In this document: positions 9,133 through 16,968 of the stretch, piece by piece | How the letters are laid out: the number at the start of each line of letters is the position of its first letter | How positions within the stretch are numbered: position 1 is the first letter of the stretch | Source: Solirubrobacteraceae bacterium | GTDB lineage: Bacteria; Actinomycetota; Thermoleophilia; Solirubrobacterales; Solirubrobacteraceae | Assembly (NCBI GenBank): GCA_050696935.1 | Contig: JBOGYU010000001.1 | Location: 1-41,042 of the forward strand | Direction: 5' to 3' | Length of the DNA stretch: 41,042 nucleotides | Notes under the pieces: generated by a model | Told to the model about the DNA's origin: nothing | The model's input: only the letters and a program-made list of their open reading frames with translations | The model's database searches: none | Position numbers and translations under genes: made by a program

Positions 9133-10272
9133 CTAGGGCTCGGACGACTCGTCGAACCGCATTGTGATGCCCTTGCCCTCCTTGAACAGCCGGACGCCGG
9201 GCGGCCGTGTCACGACCAGGTCGCCCGTCTTCTCAGCGGGGGCAAGAGTCTTGGTCTTGAGATGGGTGTCGAGGAAGCGCGACCGCGCCGTGAGCTCCAT
9301 TGCGGCCTCGACCGTGAAGGGTTCGCCTCCGAAGCGCGCACGAAGCGCGTCCAGCAGCGGGCTAGTGTTGGGTTGTGCACCCTCCGGCTCGCCGAAGTCG
9401 AGGCGTTGCTGGCCCGCCGCGACTGGCTTTGGTGCCACGTACCCCTGGCCATTCACGGGGTCGACGCTCCAGAAGCCTTCCTTGATGCTCGACCAGCCCT
9501 TAGGGTGGCCGGAGCCTCCGACGATGAAGTAGGCGTTGCTCGGATCCGGCTTGAGGCGGAACGAGCCGACCCATTCCAGCGCGGCGTCCCGTAGCTGCTT
9601 CTCAAACAGCGAGAGCAGCTGCGAGGGTCGCTGAGGGCCGTCGAGCACGTCGCGCCAGGTGCTCGTGCCGAAGAAACGATCGAGCGCGGTCTCCTGGCCC
9701 GGTCGGTTCTTGAAGCGGTTGACGAACGAGAGCGGCAGGAAGATGAGCGTGTCGCTCTTGGGCTGCTGCACGAGGTCCTTGGTGAGCTCCATCGGCGCGT
9801 GTGAGTAGCCGAACGGGTCCAAGAACAAGAACAGAGCGGACGGCTCGGACACCGCCTGCGGCACGTGCTCCTCGTACCGCCCGCACGTGACCGTCCACTG
9901 CACGCGATCACTCCAGCCGGGCCCGCGGTCGCGCATCGCGTCCTCGAACTCTTGGAGCTTGGAGGCCAGGATGTCCGCCCGCGCCTCGTTCTTCTCGACG
10001 AAGTGCAGGTCATAGCGCACCGGCGACCACCGCTCGTGCAGGTTCGGGTTGGTGCACAGCGCGCGCATCAGGATCAGCGGCGATCCGGAGCCACCGCCGG
10101 CGTAGACGCCGGGACCCGCGAAGCCGTCGTAGATCCGCACGAGGCCGCCACCCGGGCGGCTCGCGAAGTACCCCGAGTGGATGCTGATCCACTTGTTGAA
10201 GAACGCGCGCAGCAGCTCGTGCTTCGCCTTCGTGTGTTCGTCACGCGTCCAGAGCACCGCTTCCTTCGCCAT
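9133..10272 (-). CDS. tcmP: three-Cys-motif partner protein TcmP-like
   Basis: 379 aa directly upstream of the DUF5131 gene and co-oriented with it. The N-terminus (W..DEHTKAKHELLRAFFNKW...YDGFAGPG) resembles the TcmP family, which is defined by pairing with Gp37/Gp68 proteins. Called from memory, not from a search. Confidence 0.65.
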   Translation of the reverse strand: MAKEAVLWTRDEHTKAKHELLRAFFNKWISIHSGYFASRPGGGLVRIYDGFAGPGVYAGGGSGSPLILMRALCTNPNLHERWSPVRYDLHFVEKNEARADILASKLQEFEDAMRDRGPGWSDRVQWTVTCGRYEEHVPQAVSEPSALFLFLDPFGYSHAPMELTKDLVQQPKSDTLIFLPLSFVNRFKNRPGQETALDRFFGTSTWRDVLDGPQRPSQLLSLFEKQLRDAALEWVGSFRLKPDPSNAYFIVGGSGHPKGWSSIKEGFWSVDPVNGQGYVAPKPVAAGQQRLDFGEPEGAQPNTSPLLDALRARFGGEPFTVEAAMELTARSRFLDTHLKTKTLAPAEKTGDLVVTRPPGVRLFKEGKGITMRFDESSEP

Positions 10273-10314
10273 GGCTCACAAGGATTCCAGCGACACGGGA
10301 CGTGGACGAGCGGC

Positions 10315-11370
10315 TCACGCAGCACGCCGTTCGTTCTCGGCCTTGATTGGGACGTCCGGAGCCCGTGCGGGGGCGATCCGAACGCGGCGGGTTTGCTCGG
10401 ATCTCGAGCGGTGTCCCTTCGGGAACGTCGACAGGCGCCGAGCCTCGAGTCGCCCGCTGTGCGCGTCGACCTCCGAGGCGAACAGCATCCGTTGACGTCC
10501 GATGTGCTCGTAGCGCTCCGGCCCCACGTCGGGGTGCCAGCGGTGGCCAGTGAGCTCGCGGTCGGCGGCGGCGATGAATTGGTCTCGGTGGTCGTCGTCC
10601 TGGCAGACGAAGAGGACGAACGGGGGTGCGCCTCGGTCGGCGAGGTGGGTGCGCTGCCACCACCAGTTCAGGAAGGCGTCGTAGCGGCGGAACTTCTCGT
10701 AGTTTCTGTCGAGCCGGCGGGTGCGGTCGTACTCGACGAGAAGCAGACGCGCTGGTGAAGCCGAGTCGTCACCGGCGACCTCGAGAACCGCATCGGGACA
10801 CACGGGGCGTGCTCGCGGGTCGCTCAGGCCTTCGGCTGACCAGTCGTCGTCGAAGCGCTCCCCTCGGCGCAAGCCCGGCGGCGGCTCGATCGTGGTCTCT
10901 CCCTCCCACTCGAGGAGGCCGTCACCGACGGCCCGCCGGTAGGCAAGCACCCATGCGTTGAGCTGGAGCTCGTGCAGGACGTGGCCGAAGTCGAAGATCA
11001 GGCGCTGTCGATGGCGCCGGTTCAACGGGATGAGATCGGCGTGCTGCAGCAGCTGATGACCGGCTGCGCCGAGGCAGTACGTCCAGGGATACGACCCGGT
11101 TCCAGGTCGGGAGACAGGCCGGAAACGATCGATGTATCCGGCGCGGAAGAGCTTGAGCAGGCGGCGGTCAGCGGCCTGGATGGACGCAGTCGGCCACCAG
11201 AGCTCGCGCAGTTGCGGAGCGCTGATGAACTTGTAGCGCGAGACGTCGTGGACGATCGCGACGTCACGTGGCTGAACTGCGCAGGACACGATCGAGCCAC
11301 GATCGCTCCGTTCGATCGCCGCGCCGTCATAGCGGTGGACCTCGGCGTAGCTGATCGGCAGATCAGACAC
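10315..11370 (-). CDS. replication-relaxation (Replic_Relax) family protein, putative DNA-processing protein of the transfer system
   Basis: GTG at 11370 overlaps the coupling-protein stop by 8 nt. PRDVAIVHDVSRYKFISAPQLRELWW...ADRRLLKLFRAGYIDRFRP...WTYCLGAAGHQLL is the typical winged-helix N-terminus of this family. The rest of ORF 10315..11919 is an out-of-gene extension. Confidence 0.75.
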   Translation of the reverse strand: MSDLPISYAEVHRYDGAAIERSDRGSIVSCAVQPRDVAIVHDVSRYKFISAPQLRELWWPTASIQAADRRLLKLFRAGYIDRFRPVSRPGTGSYPWTYCLGAAGHQLLQHADLIPLNRRHRQRLIFDFGHVLHELQLNAWVLAYRRAVGDGLLEWEGETTIEPPPGLRRGERFDDDWSAEGLSDPRARPVCPDAVLEVAGDDSASPARLLLVEYDRTRRLDRNYEKFRRYDAFLNWWWQRTHLADRGAPPFVLFVCQDDDHRDQFIAAADRELTGHRWHPDVGPERYEHIGRQRMLFASEVDAHSGRLEARRLSTFPKGHRSRSEQTRRVRIAPARAPDVPIKAENERRAA

Positions 11371-14020
11371 TATTGCCCTCGAGTCGTTCGAAGTCGTCCG
11401 GGAAGCGCTGCTGGCCGTTGGGGTCTTCGGGTTGCTGGTCTTGGTCGCCTGACTTGGGCCCCGCGGGCGTCGTCTTGTCCTGTGGCTGCACCCTCGAGTC
11501 CCGCGGCGGGGGCTCGTCGTGAGCGAGCAGGTCAGGCAATTTGTCCGGGTGATGCCCGCCACGTGCGCGCTGTGCGTCGCGGTGGTGGCCGGCGCGATCG
11601 GCCTCGTACAGCGGCTCCATCGGAAGGGTGTGCCCCACGAAGCCGGATCGTGGGCTGCCGCTGGCGATCCACAGGTTGATCGCCTGGTGGACCGGGAGCC
11701 GGAGGATGTCGTCGGGCGAGAACCGCAGTCGCTCCTGCTCGTCTTGCTGGATCGAGATGCGATCGGAGTAGACCTCCATCGCCAGGCCGGCGAGAGAGCG
11801 TGCGTCCTCCATCTCGCGCATCCGGAAGATCGAGATCGACTGCAGCAACGACCGCACGCCCGAGCGGATGACCTCGTCGCGGATCTGCGCGGAGTACTGC
11901 CACGCGAACACGGGCTCAAGGCCCGCGGAACGGCCTTCGGCGAGCATCGTGGCGACCGACGGCGTCAGCACGTTGTGGGCCTCGTCGATGAGCAGCGCCA
12001 CGCGTCGGCGCTCAGGCTCGGGAACCTCCTGTTGTGCCTGGAGTGCGCGGTGGAGGAGTTGAAGCAACAGGTGGGTGACGAGGATCGCGTTGTCCTCGCC
12101 CACGGCTGCCTTCGCGCCGGCGACGATGAGGATCTCGCCACTCTGCAAGACGCCCTCAAGGTCCAGCGGGACGGGATGGCGCAGCAGGGTGTCGATCTCG
12201 CGCGTTGAGATGAGTCTCTCGATCTTGTTGCGGGGAGGGTTGAGCGCCTGCGCCGCGTAGCCGCGGTCGGCGATCAGCATCGGGAACTCGCGCTGCCAGT
12301 AGCCCTTGGCGAACTGGGCGTCGCTGCGATGCCGCAGCGCCTCGACGACCTTGGCGCGGTACTTGGAGTTGCCGAGTCCGAGCATGCGGTAGACGTGCCA
12401 GAGCGTCGGCTCGGGCTCGATCATGCAGACGGCGTAGATCGCCTGGCGCAGGAACGAGTCGGATGCCGCTTGGATCGCGCCGGGCGGGTTGGCCTCGATC
12501 AGCGCTTGGAGCAGAACCGCGGCGCGCGTGCCCGGCGTGGCGTCGATCGCAAGCGGGTTGATGCCGATCTCCGGCTCGCCGAGGTCGAGGTAGCGCACCG
12601 TCCGGCCGATCGGGGCGAGTCCGAGGCAGAGCTCCGCGAGCGGGCCCTTGGGATCGATCAGGATCACCGCGCGGCCTGGGTCACGGGTGTCGTTGACGAA
12701 GTGCCGGGCCAGCACGGAGCTCTTACCGCCGCCCTGGCCGCCTATGAGTGCGTGCCCGAACTTTCGATCCTCAGAAGCGATCGACACAGAGCCGTGCTCA
12801 TCCTGCATGAGCACCCTGTCGGCGTCGCGGTCGATACCGGCCGGCGCGCTCGCGCGGCGCACCGCAGAGCGCAGGAGGCCGCCGTGCTTGACGCGCCCTC
12901 GCGGAAGCTGCCAGAGCGTCGCGAGCTCGGACGTCGAGAGCACACCGGTCCGCAGGCCGGGAATCGGGTTCGGCATCGCGTTTGCAATGCGCGCCTCGTA
13001 AACGCCGCGACGCAGTCGCATTTCGCGACGCGCCAGCTCGTTCTCCGAGCGCAGCTGGCTGAAGAGACCAGCGACGCGGCGGACGGACGCGCGGTCCTCG
13101 CCGGAGACGCGCAGGTCGAAGAGATAGAGCGTCCGGTGCTGGAGCTCGAGCGCGCCTTTGAGCTCCTTGGCTTCGACGACGGAGTCGATGCCGAGTTCGC
13201 CCGAGTCGCGGTGGTCGGCGTGCTGGAGCGCGCGTTCCCGGCGCTTGAGCAGTCGGCGGGCTCGGCGATGCACGAACCCTGCTGCTGGAGTGAGTACGAG
13301 CTGCACCGACAGATTGCCGTCGCCCTTGTCCATCAGAGCCACGAGCGATTCGGAGAACGCGTGCTCGTAGTTGCGGGTGGTTTGGATCGAGAGGACGAAG
13401 GAGGCGCGTTTCTTGAGTCGGATGAGGCAGTCCGACCACTCGGGCTGGCCGTCAACGCCTCGTAGCTCGACGTCGGGGTAGAGGTCTTCCAGTGGTCCGC
13501 GGATCGCCGGCTCGAGGGAGCGGGGCGCGGCAATGGCGAACCGGATCGACGCGTCAGGCAGGCGGTGGACCTCAAGAGCGAGGTGCTCGGGGCCCCGCCG
13601 GAGTCGTTCGTACCAGCGCACGCTGATGGCGCCAGCGATGCCTTCGAAGGCCTCCTGCACCCGGTAGGGGTTGGCCAGGTCGTCGCGCCCCAGGCGCAGC
13701 TCCCACCGGACCGTTCGTCGCGCCCGGCGGCGGCGATAATGGACGCGGCTCGCGATCCCGGCGATGCTGAGTACCAGCGCGGTCACCGCCACCGGCCCCA
13801 GCACGGCGCCGGCAGTAGTGAGCACATCCGTGACATCCCGTGCGGGTCCAGCTTCAGCGCCTGGCTTCGATATGGGCGGCCAGGTGACCTCGTTTCCCTC
13901 CTGCAGCTCGCGCCAGGTCCGCGTCAGGTCGTGCGTCGCGACGTACGCCCAGACGAGCAGCCCGGCGGGAAACCAGATGAGCGACACCAGCAAGAGACGC
14001 ACGCGCAGCGGGGCGCTCAC
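11363..14020 (-). CDS. type IV coupling protein (VirD4/TraD/TraG-like ATPase) with N-terminal TM segments
   Basis: 885 aa with N-terminal hydrophobic helices, Walker A (GGQGGGKSSV) and Walker B (ALLIDEAHNV). GTGA overlap with the upstream gene. Confidence 0.85.
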   Translation of the reverse strand: MSAPLRVRLLLVSLIWFPAGLLVWAYVATHDLTRTWRELQEGNEVTWPPISKPGAEAGPARDVTDVLTTAGAVLGPVAVTALVLSIAGIASRVHYRRRRARRTVRWELRLGRDDLANPYRVQEAFEGIAGAISVRWYERLRRGPEHLALEVHRLPDASIRFAIAAPRSLEPAIRGPLEDLYPDVELRGVDGQPEWSDCLIRLKKRASFVLSIQTTRNYEHAFSESLVALMDKGDGNLSVQLVLTPAAGFVHRRARRLLKRRERALQHADHRDSGELGIDSVVEAKELKGALELQHRTLYLFDLRVSGEDRASVRRVAGLFSQLRSENELARREMRLRRGVYEARIANAMPNPIPGLRTGVLSTSELATLWQLPRGRVKHGGLLRSAVRRASAPAGIDRDADRVLMQDEHGSVSIASEDRKFGHALIGGQGGGKSSVLARHFVNDTRDPGRAVILIDPKGPLAELCLGLAPIGRTVRYLDLGEPEIGINPLAIDATPGTRAAVLLQALIEANPPGAIQAASDSFLRQAIYAVCMIEPEPTLWHVYRMLGLGNSKYRAKVVEALRHRSDAQFAKGYWQREFPMLIADRGYAAQALNPPRNKIERLISTREIDTLLRHPVPLDLEGVLQSGEILIVAGAKAAVGEDNAILVTHLLLQLLHRALQAQQEVPEPERRRVALLIDEAHNVLTPSVATMLAEGRSAGLEPVFAWQYSAQIRDEVIRSGVRSLLQSISIFRMREMEDARSLAGLAMEVYSDRISIQQDEQERLRFSPDDILRLPVHQAINLWIASGSPRSGFVGHTLPMEPLYEADRAGHHRDAQRARGGHHPDKLPDLLAHDEPPPRDSRVQPQDKTTPAGPKSGDQDQQPEDPNGQQRFPDDFERLEGNSV

Positions 14021-14568
14021 CCGCCACCTCCGAGCGCAACGTACGTCTCGAGCGTCGCGGCGATGATGAGCATCAGCGCGCAGAGCCCCGCGACGATGGC
14101 GAGGTCAGCCAGGCCGAGCGGCCGTCGGCTTGTAGACATGTATGCGCCGCCGGCGAGCGACAGCGCGGCGAACTCGATGGGTAGATGAAGTGCGATGGCG
14201 GCGGCCACGCGCCCGCCGTAGGCGCCAAGCGCCAGACCGACGAGGCTCGCGTTGGCGGCGAGGACCGTGGCGAGCACGACGTCAGCCAACAGCCGGGCAC
14301 GCTGCGCCAGTCGCGGAACGACCAAGGCACAGAGAAGCGCGGCTGCGGCAAGCCTTGCGTTGTGCAGGGCGATCTGGAGTGCCGCGGCGGGCGTTTCATC
14401 CACGCCCGCGAAGTCGAAGCGCAGGGCGCGCCGGACGTCGTCCGCCAGGCCCGTGAGTGCGACCGAGGCGGCACCGCACACGATCACCAGGGTTGCCGCG
14501 CCGGCACAGGCGAGTGCACCGGCTGCGAGGTCGCGGGCGCCTGGCGAGCGGGCCATGCCCCGACTCAC
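14017..14568 (-). CDS. integral membrane protein (SpoIIM/DUF95-like)
   Basis: 183 aa, 4-5 hydrophobic helices, with LHLPIEFAALSLAGGAYM resembling the SpoIIM-type HG.pE motif. GTGA overlaps at both ends. Confidence 0.5.
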   Translation of the reverse strand: MSRGMARSPGARDLAAGALACAGAATLVIVCGAASVALTGLADDVRRALRFDFAGVDETPAAALQIALHNARLAAAALLCALVVPRLAQRARLLADVVLATVLAANASLVGLALGAYGGRVAAAIALHLPIEFAALSLAGGAYMSTSRRPLGLADLAIVAGLCALMLIIAATLETYVALGGGG

Positions 14569-15356
14569 CGGGTCCTCCTGAGGACGTGGGCGATGCCTGT
14601 GAGTGTGCGGCCAAGGTCAGCCGAGGGGTCCGCGAGATCTCCGCGTGAGACAGCGTCGGAATGCGGTGCGAGCACAAGTCGCTCGCAGCGGTGTGTAGCG
14701 AGTCGGCGCAGCGTGCGCACGCTCGCGCTCGGGCGTCGCTCCCCGGCGAGGGCGATGAGGACTTCGTACCAGCGTCCCGGTGTGGGAAGCGCGTCGCTGG
14801 CGGCCAGCAGCCGGGCGCGCGCGACGGCGGGCCTGCTGGCCGTGACCGTCCAGAGGATGTGCGTGGCCGCGTCCAGAACCGGTCCGGCCGTGGCCCAAGC
14901 CGATCCAAGGTCGACGATGACGAGGCCGTGAGCGGCCCGCGCTTCGCGAATGAGCGCGCTGAGGTCCTCGGGGTCGGGGTCGGCGCTGCGCGCCGGGGCG
15001 GAGGCGACGAGTCTGAGCCCAGGCTCGATTTCGACGAACACCTCGGCGGGCGCCTGACCGTCCGCCACGAGCTGAGCGAGCCCGGACAGGCTCAGCGGCG
15101 TGGCCTGGCCGGCGAGCACGGCGAGACCGCCTCGGCGCGAGTCGGACTCGGTGAGCAGCACTGGCGCCTGGCTCTCGCGTGCCGCTTGGCGGGCGAGGCA
15201 TAACGCGAGTGTCGAGGCGCCCGATCCGCCGACCAGTCCGCAGACGGCGACCAGCGGCCCGCCGAGCTCGTTGAAGGCCAGTCCACACGAAGCCGCGCGC
15301 GCACGCCGCGCGCGGATCGGCAACGAGATGCGAGCGGCTACGGCTGCGGCTCCCAT
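14565..15356 (-). CDS. ParA/MinD/CpaE-like protein with a degenerate P-loop
   Basis: ATG at 15356 (MGAAAVAARISL). VAVCGLVGGSGASTLALCLA occupies the position of the deviant Walker A KGGxGK[ST]T, but both lysines are missing. LVIVDLG looks like a Walker B. Confidence 0.55.
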   Translation of the reverse strand: MGAAAVAARISLPIRARRARAASCGLAFNELGGPLVAVCGLVGGSGASTLALCLARQAARESQAPVLLTESDSRRGGLAVLAGQATPLSLSGLAQLVADGQAPAEVFVEIEPGLRLVASAPARSADPDPEDLSALIREARAAHGLVIVDLGSAWATAGPVLDAATHILWTVTASRPAVARARLLAASDALPTPGRWYEVLIALAGERRPSASVRTLRRLATHRCERLVLAPHSDAVSRGDLADPSADLGRTLTGIAHVLRRTR

Positions 15357-15919
15357 CGCCTGACTGCCCAGCCGTCGTCGGTGCGCACGACCGTCGCGAG
15401 ATAGACCCGGTGCCGCGTCCCTTCCGAGTCGGCCCGACCGTGGGCAAGCCGCTCCTCCGAAGCTACGCACACGGCACCCCGCGTGACAGCACCGGGCTTG
15501 ACGTCGATCGCGACGACCCGCCCGCGCGTCCCGAGGCGGTCGCGACGCAGCGCCCGGTCCTGTGCGCGCAACTGGGCCTCCGCCGCAAGCTGACGAGCGA
15601 GCGCACCGGTCGCCAGGCTCGCGAGGCGCCGCTGTTGGCGCTCGATTGTGCGCCAGTTCCAGTTGCTCCACTGCGAGCAGAACGCGCCCAGGGCAGCGCG
15701 TGGCGTGCGCTGCGCGTCGCTATTCACTGCAGGCGCGGTGTCGCGCTCTCGCGCGAGTGGCGGACGCTCGTCACCGTACGCCCCCTCGTCGCGAGCCGCG
15801 GCGGCAGGCCGGCGCGTGTCGTCCCGGCGACGCTCGTCATCCTGCCTGTAGGGGTCCTGGCAGCCCGCGACGAACGCGACCAGCACCGGCACGACGATCA
15901 AGACGCGGCGCGTCATCAT
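15338..15919 (-). CDS. lipoprotein of the transfer operon
   Basis: ATGATG at 15919 overlaps the hydrolase stop. MMTRRVLIVVPVLVAFVAGC gives a signal peptide plus lipobox. The upstream part of ORF 15338..16651 is not coding. Confidence 0.7.
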   Translation of the reverse strand: MMTRRVLIVVPVLVAFVAGCQDPYRQDDERRRDDTRRPAAAARDEGAYGDERPPLARERDTAPAVNSDAQRTPRAALGAFCSQWSNWNWRTIERQQRRLASLATGALARQLAAEAQLRAQDRALRRDRLGTRGRVVAIDVKPGAVTRGAVCVASEERLAHGRADSEGTRHRVYLATVVRTDDGWAVRRWEPQP

Positions 15920-16968
15920 CCGCTTCGGCCGAGGTAGGGGCGCGGATCCACGGGACGACCCGAGATGCGCACCTCGAAGTGCAGGTGCGGCCCGAGGCAG
16001 TGGCCGGTGCAGCCTGCGAACCCGACGAGCGCGCCGCGCGGCACGATGCCGCCGGTCGGTGTCGGCCCCAGACGCGACTGATGCGCGTAACACGTCGAGT
16101 ACGGCGGCGCGTGCTCGAGACACGTCAACACGCCATAGCCCGACACCGGTCCGCGCGTCGTGACGCGGCCGGTCGCAGCGGCCAGGATCGGCGTACCGGG
16201 GGGAACGGCGATGTCGATGCCCGCGTGCAGCCGTCCCCAGCGCATGCCGAACGGCGAGACCACCGTTCCCCTGACCGGCCAGGCGAGCTCGCCCCCACCG
16301 CGGGCCGCGGGCAGGTTCCCGCCGCCGCCCGAGATCGATCCCGCGTCCGTCTGCCAGCCGCGGGCGCGGTCGAGGACCCGGCGAGCATACGCCTCGGCGA
16401 CGGGGCCGGCGCCGTTGTATGCGCGCACGGCGCTGAACGTCCGGGCGCCCAGCGTTCCGTCTGCGCCATTGGTTCGCAGCAGCGAGCCGGCGGCCATCCC
16501 GGCGTCGAAGTCGTCGTACACCGAGGGATGCGGCGCCTGCGGGTGCGGGTAGCGGGCCGGTCGGCGGCCGCGCCGAAACGCCCACCTGTGCCTGTCCCAC
16601 GTTGACGGCGGGCCGTTGGTCACGTTGAACTGGAACGGCCCCGCACAGCAACCGGCGAAGTTGAGGGCTCGGTAGGTCGTCGGATGCGTCGAGAACGCGC
16701 TCTCCTCCTGGTGCACGGACGCAAGCACGAGCCAGTCGAGGCCAAAAGCCGCAGCCGACTGGCGGTAGATCGGCACGAAGGCCGAAGGGATCCCGTCAGA
16801 AGCGCTGTCCGTCCCGGGCCCGCCGCTGGACGACAGCAGCGCCAGCGGCGCCACGATGAGCAGCAGCAGGAAGAGCAGCGCGAGCGCCGCGGCCATGACC
16901 GCGCGCGGCAGGAGCGACCGGGCGCCGAGCACGGCGCCGGCGGCCTGGAGCGCGGGCACGGCCATCAT
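15916..16968 (-). CDS. bifunctional cell-wall hydrolase: lytic-transglycosylase-like (SLT) domain plus M23 metallopeptidase domain
   Basis: ATGATG at 16968 overlaps the VirB4 stop. It has an N-terminal TM segment. LASVHQEESAF...GPFQF looks like an SLT domain. HAGIDIAVPPGTPI...GHCLGPHLHFEVR matches M23 HxxxD/HxH. Confidence 0.9.
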   Translation of the reverse strand: MMAVPALQAAGAVLGARSLLPRAVMAAALALLFLLLLIVAPLALLSSSGGPGTDSASDGIPSAFVPIYRQSAAAFGLDWLVLASVHQEESAFSTHPTTYRALNFAGCCAGPFQFNVTNGPPSTWDRHRWAFRRGRRPARYPHPQAPHPSVYDDFDAGMAAGSLLRTNGADGTLGARTFSAVRAYNGAGPVAEAYARRVLDRARGWQTDAGSISGGGGNLPAARGGGELAWPVRGTVVSPFGMRWGRLHAGIDIAVPPGTPILAAATGRVTTRGPVSGYGVLTCLEHAPPYSTCYAHQSRLGPTPTGGIVPRGALVGFAGCTGHCLGPHLHFEVRISGRPVDPRPYLGRSG

